Assembly (NCBI GenBank): GCA_004431415.1
Contig: QPMI01000515.1
Coordinates: 62,001 to 126,000, forward strand
DNA: 64,000 nt
Origin: Cyanophora paradoxa CCMP329
Taxonomy: Eukaryota; Plantae; Glaucophyta
Reading direction: 5' to 3'
In this document: one piece after another, positions 50,001-59,826 of the stretch
Layout: each line of letters opens with the position of its first letter
How positions within the stretch are numbered: the first letter of the stretch is position 1
Notes under the pieces: model-generated
Told to the model about the DNA's origin: nothing
Databases searched by the model: none
What the model saw: the letters and a program-made list of their open reading frames with translations, nothing else
Position numbers and translations under genes: made by a program

Positions 50001-53000
50001 TTTCGGATCGAGCGAATGCCTACCCTGGTGCGCATGTTTGGTGTTCGTGTCGGAATGTGCAGGCGGTCTGAATACTCACGTGCCTGTCGCAGCCGCTCCG
50101 ACCAAGTTCCTCGCGAGGACCGGTGCGCTGTCGGCCCCGGGCTTTATATATATTTTGGTCCCTGCGCTTTCTGATCTGACATGTGTTCAACAGGGCCGAG
50201 TGCATTGGCGCGCCCCGCCCTCAGACCCTGCGGCTCATGATCAACGCTCAGCTAATCGGACGTCGCAGCGTGTCTGCCTGGCTACGTACCGTTGAACAGC
50301 GTAGAGTGCCGGATGTGCGGGCCGCTCGAAATCGCCCCTTCCGCGGGTTTGAGCACGTGCCAGGCGAGCCAGCCAGCGACTGCAATAGCCGACTCCCTGA
50401 AACGAAAGCCTCTTTTAATTTGGCCTTGAACCCTGCTTTTGCAGGCGTGCCCGGCCGGCCACGTCGCGGACGCGAACCGCGTTGCGTGCCTCCCCTGCGA
50501 TGCAGGCGCGTCCGCTCTGTCTCCTCCGTTCCCGTCTGCACACGTGAACTGAAAGTGCGCGTGTACAGGGACGCACATCCCTGCAAACGGCACGGCGTGC
50601 GCGAAGTGCCCGCCAAACACGATCAGCGAGGCCGGCGCAGCCGCCTGCACCGCGTGCCCCGCAGGAGAAATCTCCGAGAGCCGCCTCTCCTGCTCGCAAT
50701 GCGTGCCAGGTTCGTTGCCGTGTCGCGCCGCGTTTAATATCGTCTCGTCTGGCTCGTCTGACGCGTACAAAAGGAACGTTCCGAAACGCGTCGATGTTGA
50801 ATTGCGAGGCTTGGTAACCGTCTCTCTGATTCCCTTTCTTATATTTCCGATCGTGATCATGACTGCCGGCGGGGCCAGCCCCACCGGCACCTACGCCAAG
50901 GACGCCGCGAGCGCGGGCTGCCTCCAGTGCCCCCCCAACAAGCTCTGCCCCATCGGTGCCAGCGCCGGCGCGGCGCCGACCGACGCGCTCGCTGCGTCGT
51001 CTTTAAGCTTTGCCGCTCACTGTGTGTGGGTGCGCGCGCGCAGCGACCGTCGATTCGGTCGACCTCGGCCTGCTCACGGACCTTGAGTTTGACTCGGGAT
51101 CGGCCGCCGGCGACGGCGCTGGGGCGGGGACGGGAACAGCGGTCGGCATCGCCCGACGGCTCCTCGAAGCCATCCCCATCGGCCGCGGCCGGAGGCTGCC
51201 GCTGCAGGCCGCGCGCACGAAACCGGCCTCGAGAGTCAAGGCGGCCATTCCGTTCGCGGGCGATTCGCTGGCCCCTCAGCAGCAGGTGGACGAGGTCGTT
51301 CTGGGCCAGAACACGGCCACGGTCAGTGAACGCTAGCGCTGCCCCGGCCCGGAATTCCAGTGCCGGCGCCGCTGTACAGCCGTTTAATACATGAAAAACG
51401 CCGCGCGACGCAGGTGACGCAACCGAGCGTGAAGACGGAAGAGCCGGTGCCCTCTTCTGTTATGTGATTCGCTCTTTTCTCCTTTACGTGTGTTGAAGGC
51501 GAGTGTGCGTGCACGCAGGTTTTATCGGCGCTCAACAGGCTCTTCCTCATCATCCTCGCCTGCGTCTTCGGCTTCGGCGGCCTCGTCGGCCTCGCCATCT
51601 ACGCGTACCTGCGCCTGATTCCCGTGAAATCGCCCGAGGAGCGAGCCGAGCGCTACCGCCTCCTGCAGCGGCTGCACTTCCTCTACCGCGGTGCGTGCGT
51701 GCGCGCGCGGCAGCGCCGCCCTTGCGATTCCTTTTTGAGCGCCGCGCGCCCCAAGCCGACGCTGACGCCGACGCCGACGCCGCTGCGCTGCAGACGAGTT
51801 CGAAGAGCACAAGGAGGAGCTGGAGAAGGAGAAGGAAAGGCTGCGGAAACTAAAAGCCGCGGGCCGCGTGGGCAAGGCGTCTGTCGAGGAGGAGGAAAAG
51901 GAGGGCGCAGCGAAGCCGCCAGAGGACTTGCACGGCCGTACGGTCTCGGGCGCCTTCTTCTCGGTGCTCCCGTCTCATCGGATGGGCTCGCGATCGCGAT
52001 TTCTCTGACGCGCTATTTCTTCTGCGCTGTTCATCAGATCCTGGGAGTTCTTTTCGTGCTGGCCGCCGTTAGTTTCGTTGTGGTCCAATGGGGGGTCGCG
52101 AACTATGTCGTGCGCTTCGCTTTTCCGTCTAATTTCCATCTTCTTCGTGGTTTTCCGTCCGCGTTTCCGTCTGATTTCCGCCTTTTCCGCGGCTGCAGGT
52201 CGTGCAATCGCTCAACCCTGGGACGAGCCCCTCGGCGAACCTGATCCGCGGAAATTTCAGCTTTTCCGCCACGTTCCGGTTCGGCGCCGCCAGGCCAAGT
52301 TGGCGTGCAGAGCTTGCGGTGCGCTGATCGCTCCGATGCAGGGGCTACACGGGCCCGTGCGCTGCGTCGGATGCCGGCTACGCCTCGGCCGGACTGGAGG
52401 GCGCGCAGAGCCTGTCGGTCGCGTCGTACCTGCCCACGACCTGCACGTGCGTGTTCGGGGCCGCGTACGATGTCGATGGCGCGCGTGTTGACGGCGGTGG
52501 CGCCGGTGGTGCCGCGCGCGCGCAGGCTCAACTGGACGTGCAGCGACTGCCGCGTCGCGTCGATGGACGATGCTTACGCGCGGCTGCGCCTCGCCTCGCG
52601 GCCAGCCTACGCAATTGCCGTGAACTACACAGCGACGGTTGGCGTTCGCATCAATTCTAGATCTGACGATTAAAATCAGCCTTGCGAGCGCTGATTCCTG
52701 TACCCGCCAGCTCCCGGAGCAGGTGGTGGTGAGGGGCATGATGCAGCCGTCGTCGAACAGCTCCGTGTTCCGCGGGGCGACGCCCGTCGAGCTGCCCCTC
52801 GACCTCGTGCGTGCGATCCGCACGCGCCGCGCCGCGCCGCGCCGCCGTGCGAACGCGCCGTCGACGTCGAATTTCCGAATTTCCGGCAGACGGCGATGCA
52901 CTTCACGTCTCCTCTCGACGGGAAAGCGCGCTACTACACAACGGTCGCGTCCTCCGACACGCAGGTGCCGCCCGCTTCATTTTCGTTTTCGCCCCAGCCC

Positions 53001-54692
53001 GCCTGGTCCGCGCTGCGCTCTTCTTGGGGCTCATCAGACGGGCGCAGGCCGGCGAGCGGAGCGGGGCGACCTTCGTGCGCAGTTGGTTTAATTTATTTAG
53101 AGGACCGCCCATCAGCAGCCGCTCATGCGAGCGTCCCCATTTGCGCAGGGCCTGTGCCCGCCGGGGCGCCCCCTCGTCTCCTGCCCGAACGAGGCCGTCC
53201 AGTTCGGCGTCCGCTACCGCACCTCGCAGGTCTACACACTCGTCGAGCGCAAGACAAGGTCGACGGTGCGTCTCTCAGACTCGTCGCGTGCCGCATCATC
53301 CGTCTCTTAGACTCGAAAGCCTCTTGTCGAGCCTCACTTTGCCGCGCCGCCCCATTCGTCGTCTCAAGCTTCTCTGTCGTTTTTCGATTTTTATCTGATT
53401 TCGATTGCGACGTTCGATCCAGGTCCTGGACACCGTCGCGAACGTCTTTGCGATCGCGACGGCCGCGTTCGCCCTGATGGCCCAGGGCATCGTCGCCTTC
53501 AACTTCTCCCGGCGCCTCCTCAAGGCGCGGCCATGTGCTTTCACATTATACAGGCAAGTATTGATTATCGTGTATGGGGCGCAGAGGAAGGGCATCGGCG
53601 TGGACGACTCGGCCGACGACGTCCTCAAGACGGCGAGAAGGCCGAATTCGACTTCGAAGCCGGACAAGAGGAAGAAGAAGAATCCTGCGAGGGATTCGGC
53701 AGGGGCAAATGACGACGACGACGACGACGAGGTCTCAGCGGCGAATCTGAAGACGGACAGAACGCGGACGCCGTCGCCGCCGCCCGCGGGCGCCGGTGCC
53801 GGCACCGGCGCGTCGGGTTCCAAAGAGAAGCGGGCGGCGGTCGTGAGAGTGGTGCGCCGGCGGTCCGCCAATGCTTAGCTTAAGAAGGCGGCTCTGCTCT
53901 GCTCCGCTATGCGATGCTTTGTTCCGTTTACTGATGGCCTCGCAGGCATCCCCCGATCCGGAGGTCGAGACGATCCAGTTGGACCAGGAGGAGGGAGAGG
54001 GGTCGACGTCCGCGTCCGTGGCCGGCGCGGCCAGGCCCGCCGGCGCCGCGCCGATGACGCCGCCGCCGCCCCCGCCCCCGCCGCCACCACCACCACCTAA
54101 GTCGGGCCGCTCCCTGCGCGAGAGCGTGACGCAGCGGTCGGCGTGGAGCCGCGCGCGCTCGGAGAGCATGCCGGACCTCTCCCACCACGTCCTCTCGTTC
54201 TCGCCGACGGGATCGGCGGCGGGCTCCGGCTCCGACGCCGACGCGCACGGCATCCACCAAAGCCACCACCACCACCAGCACCTCCGGGCGAGCTCGGGAT
54301 CGCCCCGGCGCCCCCCCGTAATGAGCGACTTCGACGTCGACGACGCAGAGGCTGGCGATGGCGTGGGGCCGGCGGATCCGGAGCCGGAGCCGCCCGGGTC
54401 GGCCGGCCACGATATCGATCGCGACGCAGTGCCGCCCCTGCAGCTGGGCTCCTTCTCCCACGGGCAGCCGCAGCGGAAGCCCCGCCGGCGGGCGTCGCCC
54501 CGGGCCTTCAGCTCTGCCGAGGAAGCCCTGCGCATCACCGTGACGGGGGCCAGGTGGCCTATGCCCGACCCCACGCCGAGGCCCTCGAATTCGGGCCACG
54601 AGTTGCCATCGCAAGGTGGACTCGCGGCCCCGAGCCCGCAAACCGGAGGCGAGACGCCCGAGCCCGGCAACGTCCCCGTAGAGTTTATGTGA
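26043..54692 (+). CDS. Giant multi-exon Cys-rich (GCC2/GCC3 / ephrin-receptor-like CxxCPxGxY repeat) multi-pass membrane protein, interrupted by an exonic LTR insertion
   Basis: Signal peptide MLRQRSAITVLLLGLLSFARA at 26043. Dozens of CxxCPAGTY/CPxNT repeats from ~30180 to ~50960. TM-like segments at ~51540-51620, ~52038-52105 and ~53423-53500. Low-complexity Pro/Ser tail ends at TGA 54690-54692. The frame continues exactly across the insertion (CLPVP/ARSVAPPGSSW|YVEC). Confidence 0.85.
26851..26935 (+). repeat. Short intronic tandem repeat (about 3 x CCCCTGTCGAGGGCTCCGGA...)
   Basis: Three imperfect copies inside the C-rich long intron of gene 2. Confidence 0.6.
34627..34909 (+). repeat. 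5' LTR (283 bp)
   Basis: Identical by eye to 46993-47275. TG...CA ends; internal palindrome CCGCGCAGTACTGCGCGG and a 3' hairpin. Confidence 0.95.
34910..34922 (+). promoter_or_regulatory. Primer-binding-site-like sequence
   Basis: GGCGCCACTGCTC lies directly after the 5' LTR and resembles the (T)GGCGCC start of tRNA-primed PBSs. The cognate tRNA was not identified. Confidence 0.55.
43745..45990 (+). pseudogene. Degenerate integrase / GPY-F / chromodomain-like remnants of the LTR element
   Basis: Faint motifs in gypsy order: AVKFVSRWAVA...APTVTSFI (~43760), VVYDQASPFF (~44316), SVPKFSRKTRTVEH (~44423), ARLRLTAASSWSVDVDTWLHRQQL (~45380), IVEAFLLFDDVRLKGSYLYRVH (~45914). Judged by eye only. 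Confidence 0.4.
46978..46992 (+). promoter_or_regulatory. Polypurine tract of the LTR element
   Basis: CAGCGGAAGAGGAGT lies immediately before the 3' LTR. Confidence 0.75.
46993..47275 (+). repeat. 3' LTR (283 bp)
   Basis: Identical by eye to 34627-34909 and followed by the TSD GTCCC. Confidence 0.95.
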
Positions 54693-55211
54693 TGGGCTCG
54701 CCTGTACTTCACAGGCCGGCCGACGACTTACAGTATTTATCATTTTCCTTAAAAAGTGCACTTTCGGGGTTTTCTTTCGTTACGTATACGTATTTGTCGG
54801 TACAGAGGTATGCGAATGCACAGTATACGTAGCTATAGGCTTAACTAAGCTTAAGAGAGCACAAGAATCGGATCTAGGCCTAGGCGTCATCTAGCTATAT
54901 AGATATAGATAAATGCAGCAAGAGCTCGAGCTGCTCTGAGCATCGATATCATTAGAACTTTGCAGTTCAATGATTCCATTATTGTATGGTTGTGAAGCTT
55001 TTGCACGTTCTTCGCGTGTCGTACGCCACACTAGGAAAACAACGTTTCGTGCGCAAATCACGCTATAGCTATAGCTAGGAAAAAGATTGAAAGCATTAAA
55101 ATATTCGAAATCGAATTTCCGAGTCACGATAAGGCAACTTGCTCAGGGCGGAAAGGAAGAAAGAGCCGCGAGAGGGTCTGGCAAAGGTCGCCGCAGCACT
55201 ATAGCTAGTGG

Positions 55212-55965
55212 GCGCGTCTCCCGCGGCCGCGGCGGGCGCAGGGGCGCGGGGGGGTCGCAGGGGCGGCCGCCGCAGCGCGCGCCCTGCGCCGCCGCCGCCG
55301 CCGCCGCGTCTCCCGCAGCCGCGGCGAGCGGGCGGGCGGGAGGAGGGACGTGGGAGGGCGAAGGGGCGGCCGCCGCAGCACGCGCCCTGCGCCGCCGCCG
55401 CCGCCACGTCTCCCGCAGCCGCGGCAGGCGGTGCGGGCGGGGGAGGGAGATGGGAGGGCTTAAGGGCGGCTGCCGCGACGCACGCCCCGCGCCGCCGCCG
55501 CTGCCGCGTCTCCCGCGGCCGCTGCGGGCGGGGCGGGCGGGGGATGGACGTGGGAGGGCCCAGGGGCGGCCGCCGCAGCGCGCGCCCTGCGCCGCCGCCG
55601 CCGCCGCCGCGTCTCCCGCGGTCGCGGCGGGCGGGGCGGGCGGGGGAAGGGACGTGGGAGGGCGCAGGGGCGTGCCGCCGCAGCACGCGCCCTGCGCCTT
55701 CCGCCGCCGCCGCGTCTCCCGTGGCCGCGGCGGGCGGGGCGGGCGGGGGAGGGACGTGGGAAGGCGCGCGGCAGCCGCCGCAGCAAGCGCCCTGCGCCGC
55801 CGCCGCCGCCGCGTCTCCCGCGGCCGCGGCGGGCGGGGCGGGCGGGGGATGGACGTGGGAGGGCGCAGGGGCGGCCGCCGCAGAAGCGCCCTGCGCCGCC
55901 GCCGCCGCCGCGTCTCCCGCGGCCGCGGCGGGCGGGGCGGGCGGGGGAATGGACGTGGGAGGGCG
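55212..55965. repeat. GC-rich ~100-bp minisatellite, about 8 copies
   Basis: (G)CGTCTCCCG anchors recur at ~55214, 55306, 55407, 55507, 55609, 55711, 55811 and 55910, with (GCC)n and G-run segments between them. Confidence 0.9.
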
Positions 55966-56783
55966 AAAGAGGACCAGGGCGCACGGCAGCGAGGCGGCGC
56001 CAGCGCCAGCGCGGCGCCGACCGCTCCAGTGAGCGACCTGCAGTGCAAGCGCGCATCGTCAGCTCTGCGCTCGCGTGCCGCTGATCTGAAGCTATGCTTG
56101 CGCAGCGGCGATGCCGGCCGCGCGCGCGGGCGCACCCGAGGTGATCGTGACCGGCGGCGGCCCGCTGACCGCAGATCTAGATCTGGGCCTGGCCGTTGGT
56201 TTTTAGATCCCCTTCAGGCGGCAGACCGCTGATCGTGAACCGGGCCGGGCCGTCTGGTCGACGTCGGAGCAGATGCGCCTATCACTGCGAACATGCACCG
56301 CTGGCCGTGGTTCCTTGGCGCTGCTCAGCCGCGCGCGGGCGGCGCGCCCCGGCCCGGACGCGATAGGATGCGGCGGGTCGCCGAGTCGACGTCTCGCCCC
56401 GACGGCGGCGGCCGCTCTAGAGCTCCGCGCGCTTCGCACGCCTCATCGCGAAACGCAGCGGAAGGAGGACGAAACGCAGCAAGCACCCATGCCTCTTTCC
56501 AGAGCCCCGTCCACCGCGCGCCCCGTCCCCTGCGACGATCCTGCGCACCTGCGTGAGTCTTGAGGCTCGCAGAATGCGCACTCGGGGCCACACGACGCAC
56601 AAAGTGCTCCCCGGGGCATCGAGCACGTTACATTCCTTCCGCGCTTCCGAGGCGCTTCCCGCTTTCAGAAGGCTGCCGCGCGCGCGCGGAGTGCGGAGGC
56701 GAGAGGCCAACGAGGCCGTACCCCCCCACAGGAAGGTCCCCCTCTGTTCCGCTCTTTGTTGCGGTCCCCGAGAATTCGAAGCG

Positions 56784-58063
56784 ATGGGCCGCGTTATCTA
56801 CATCAAGTCGCAGCAGGAGTTCGACGCGCACACGAAGAACAAAACTGACGGAAAGCTCACGTGCGCACCCCGCGAGGCCGAGCTCCCCGCGAGCATTCGA
56901 CGTCATTCGACGTTCGCCGGTCTGACGCCCTTCGCCGCAGGGTCATCGACTTCACGGGTGAGTCGCTCCGGGCCTTGCGGCGGGCTCGTGCCGCGCGGCC
57001 CACGTGCCCCGGGCTTCCGCGGCATCCGTTGGACTGACGCGAACGCGCATTCGACCGCTTTATATGCAGCCAAATGGGTGCGTTCGCCGAGCCGCCGCTC
57101 GTCAGGGGTGCTCGTCGCTCATCGCTACTCCCGCGGCCGGTCCCGGCGCCGGCCCGCAGTGCGGCCCGTGCCAGATGATCGGCCCCTACTTCGACCAGCT
57201 ATCGGAGACGAACACGGATGTCGTGTTCTTGAAGGCACGCGCTCTCCCTCGATTCGCGCCCCCGAGCCCGGATCCGGATCAAAAGTGGCCGCCTTGAGTG
57301 ACGTTGCCTCTCGCCTTAGGTCGACGTGGATGAGTGCGCGGAGCTGGCGCAAACTGAGGGCGTGAGCTGCATGCCCACCTTCCACTGTGCGGAGCCGCCC
57401 GCGCCCCTCGCCCCGCCGCTCGCCGCCCGCCGCCCGCCGCCCCGCTGACTCCGGCGCTCTCTGTCAGTCTGGAAGGGCGGCAAGAAGGTCAACGAGTTCT
57501 CGGGTGCGTAGCGCTTGCAGAACGAGCCTAGGGATGCCCTGAAGCGATTAGCCCGCGCCCCGGTCCTGCCCTTCTCTCTTCCCCTAGACACACGCCGCCC
57601 TGCGGCGTCCCGCGCTTCCCCCCCCCCCTCCGCCTCCACCCTCTTTGCCCCTCCTCCTCCTCCCCCCCCCCTCCCCCCCGGCGCGGGCATGCTCTCCGCC
57701 CCTCGCCTGTGACTTCCTTCGCCCGGACCTTCCGCCCCCATCTCTTTGCACCCCTCGCCTCGCATCCGCTCTATCCCCCAACCCCCCCCCTTCCCCCCCT
57801 TCGCCCCCCTTCCCCCCTCCCGCCACTGCATCCCTCTGCCCCCTCCGCGCCCGGCTCCGACCTTTAAGGCTCCGCCGGCCACGCCGCGGCGCCCTCTGTG
57901 CCACTCCCCCTCCCCCCGCCCCCCTCCTACCCCCCCCCCCCCCCCCCCCCCGGTGCCCGGCCCGCCGCCCTGTTCATGAATGCGTGCCTCCATGCCCCGC
58001 CCGCCCCCCGCAGGTGCCTCTAGGGACAAGCTTCGCGACTTCATCAAGGATCTGAGCGCCTAA
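56784..58063 (+). CDS. TRX: Thioredoxin (cytosolic type, WCGPC), 109 aa, 7 exons
   Basis: Exons 56784-56860, 56941-56957, 57070-57077, 57160-57234, 57320-57386, 57468-57503 and 58014-58063 total 330 nt. They give MGRVIYIKSQQEFDAHTKNKTDGKLTVIDFTAKWCGPCQMIGPYFDQLSETNTDVVFLKVDVDECAELAQTEGVSCMPTFHFWKGGKKVNEFSGASRDKLRDFIKDLSA. Confidence 0.96.
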
Positions 58064-58613
58064 TTTTAGATATGAGCGCCTTTTGGAAATTAAAGTCTGT
58101 CGCATTCGTACACACTTGACAACAGCTCCCCGCTCCGCGCCTAAACGGATACTGTGATGCTGACTGCAGGAGGAGATAGACAACAAGAGTGCTATAGCTA
58201 CAGCTAGTAGTCGTGTCGAGCTGGTGCTTTTGCTGTAGTATACCGAGTCGCCTCCAGAATATAATATGCGCCGGTCCGGATCCTCTCGCAGTGAGCACGG
58301 CATGGTGAGCTGCGCGGTCCAAGATGCCCGCTTGCATTGCTAGTGGAGGAGGTGCGGCGTCGTGGCGCTCGTCGTCGTCGCCGCCATATGGGGCACCTAA
58401 GGGCTTAACTACTTTTATGATTGATTTCTTTTAAGGAAGGCGCTTCGAAAGGTTTCCGAAGTTCGCCGTAGCGCTCGTCGTCGCCGTCGCCGCCGCCGTT
58501 CGAAGGCGAGACGAGACGCCGCGCTCCGAGACCCCCCCCCCCCTCCCCCTAGGCCTCCCCCCCTCGAGCTCGCTAGCCCCCCTCGCTAGCCTCGCTAGCC
58601 TTAGTATTTCAGG

Positions 58614-58865
58614 ATGCCGTGCCCCGAGGGGTCGACATGGAGAAAGCGGTATGTGGCTGATTGTCGCAGTGATGAGTCTGATGAGCTGAGAAGATGGCGG
58701 GCATACCTGGACGGGCAGAGCAAGTTTGGAAGAGCCAGAGGGAGAGATCGCGCACATTTCTGGGAGTTATTGGAGTATGCTGCTGGGCTTTCGAGGGTTG
58801 ATCGGCCGGCGGCGTTGGCGGCGGTGGCGGCGGCTAATTTAGATATGAGCGGCTTCTACACATAA
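58614..58865 (+). CDS. Hypothetical 83-aa ORF or orphan exon
   Basis: ATG-to-TAA ORF with protein-like composition, purine-rich unlike its flanks. No recognisable motif. Confidence 0.25.
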   Translation: MPCPEGSTWRKRYVADCRSDESDELRRWRAYLDGQSKFGRARGRDRAHFWELLEYAAGLSRVDRPAALAAVAAANLDMSGFYT

Positions 58866-59293
58866 TCTGTGCCTTCAAGAGCGCGCGATCGACTGTTCAA
58901 TCCGCCGGCCGCGCCGCCGCCCGTCTCTCATCCTCTCCGCCTGGCGCGGCGAGCCGCGCCGCCGCCAGCCGCGCCCCCGCCCCGCCAGACGACTCGGCCG
59001 CAAGCCGCGCCGCTGCCCGCCGCGTCCCCGCCTCGCCCGGCGAGCCGCGCCTCCGCCCGCCGCGCCTCCGCCCCGCCCCGCCCGAAGCTTACTACTAAGT
59101 TAAGAGCCGCGCCGCCCGCCCGCTGCGGCCCTCGCTCTCGCTAGATCTAGATGCCTCGAGCTCGCTGCTGGTCAATTGCAAGCTCGCTGCCGGTCTATAG
59201 CTATAGCTAGCGGCTTCCTCCTTGGCCGCGGGCTTGGCCATGGCCCGGACGTGGCCGCGCTTGCAAATCTAGATGATGCGGCGGGGCCAGTCA

Positions 59294-59374
59294 AAACCGT
59301 AAAAAGACTTTTGCCGACGGAAACCGTAAAAAGACTTTTGCCGACGGAAACCGTAAAAAGACTTTTGCCGACGG
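59294..59374. repeat. Perfect 27-bp tandem repeat x3 (AAACCGTAAAAAGACTTTTGCCGACGG)
   Basis: Three exact head-to-tail units with no spacers. Confidence 0.95.
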
Positions 59375-59826
59375 AAAAAAGGCCGACTTGCGAACTGGCC
59401 GGCTTAGGACAGCGTGACAGACAATCCGACGGGTAGCAAGGGGGGTTTGAGCAGCTGACACCCCCCCCCCCTGCAATTATGAGCTTAATTCCCTAAGCTT
59501 GTCGGACCGAGAGCCAAGCTGAAGCGCGGCTAAAGCGCTGGCAGCTTGGCGCTTCAACAGCAATATTTTAATAGACGTTTAATGTGCCACCCTGCCGGCC
59601 GCGCTGGCTGCCGCCCCTGCGGCGCCGGCCCAGCCTGCAAAAATCCTTCTATTTACGCGCATGGCGGCCCATTGCAATTGGCGGGGCATCCCCCCCCGCG
59701 ACCGAAGGCACAGTGGAAAGGATCCGGAGGAGAGCAAGCATGCGCACCGCAGCGCACGAGGAGGTCGACAATTTGGAAGTAGTCGAAGTCCGAATTCTAA
59801 AACTTAAACGAAGTTCGGAACTACTA

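Noticed and set aside
55087-56232. Long Arg/Gly/Ala/Pro-rich ORFs on both strands
   Set aside because: They are stop-free translations of the GC-rich minisatellite.
59294-59374. CRISPR array
   Set aside because: Units are contiguous with no spacers, there are no cas genes, and the context is eukaryotic.
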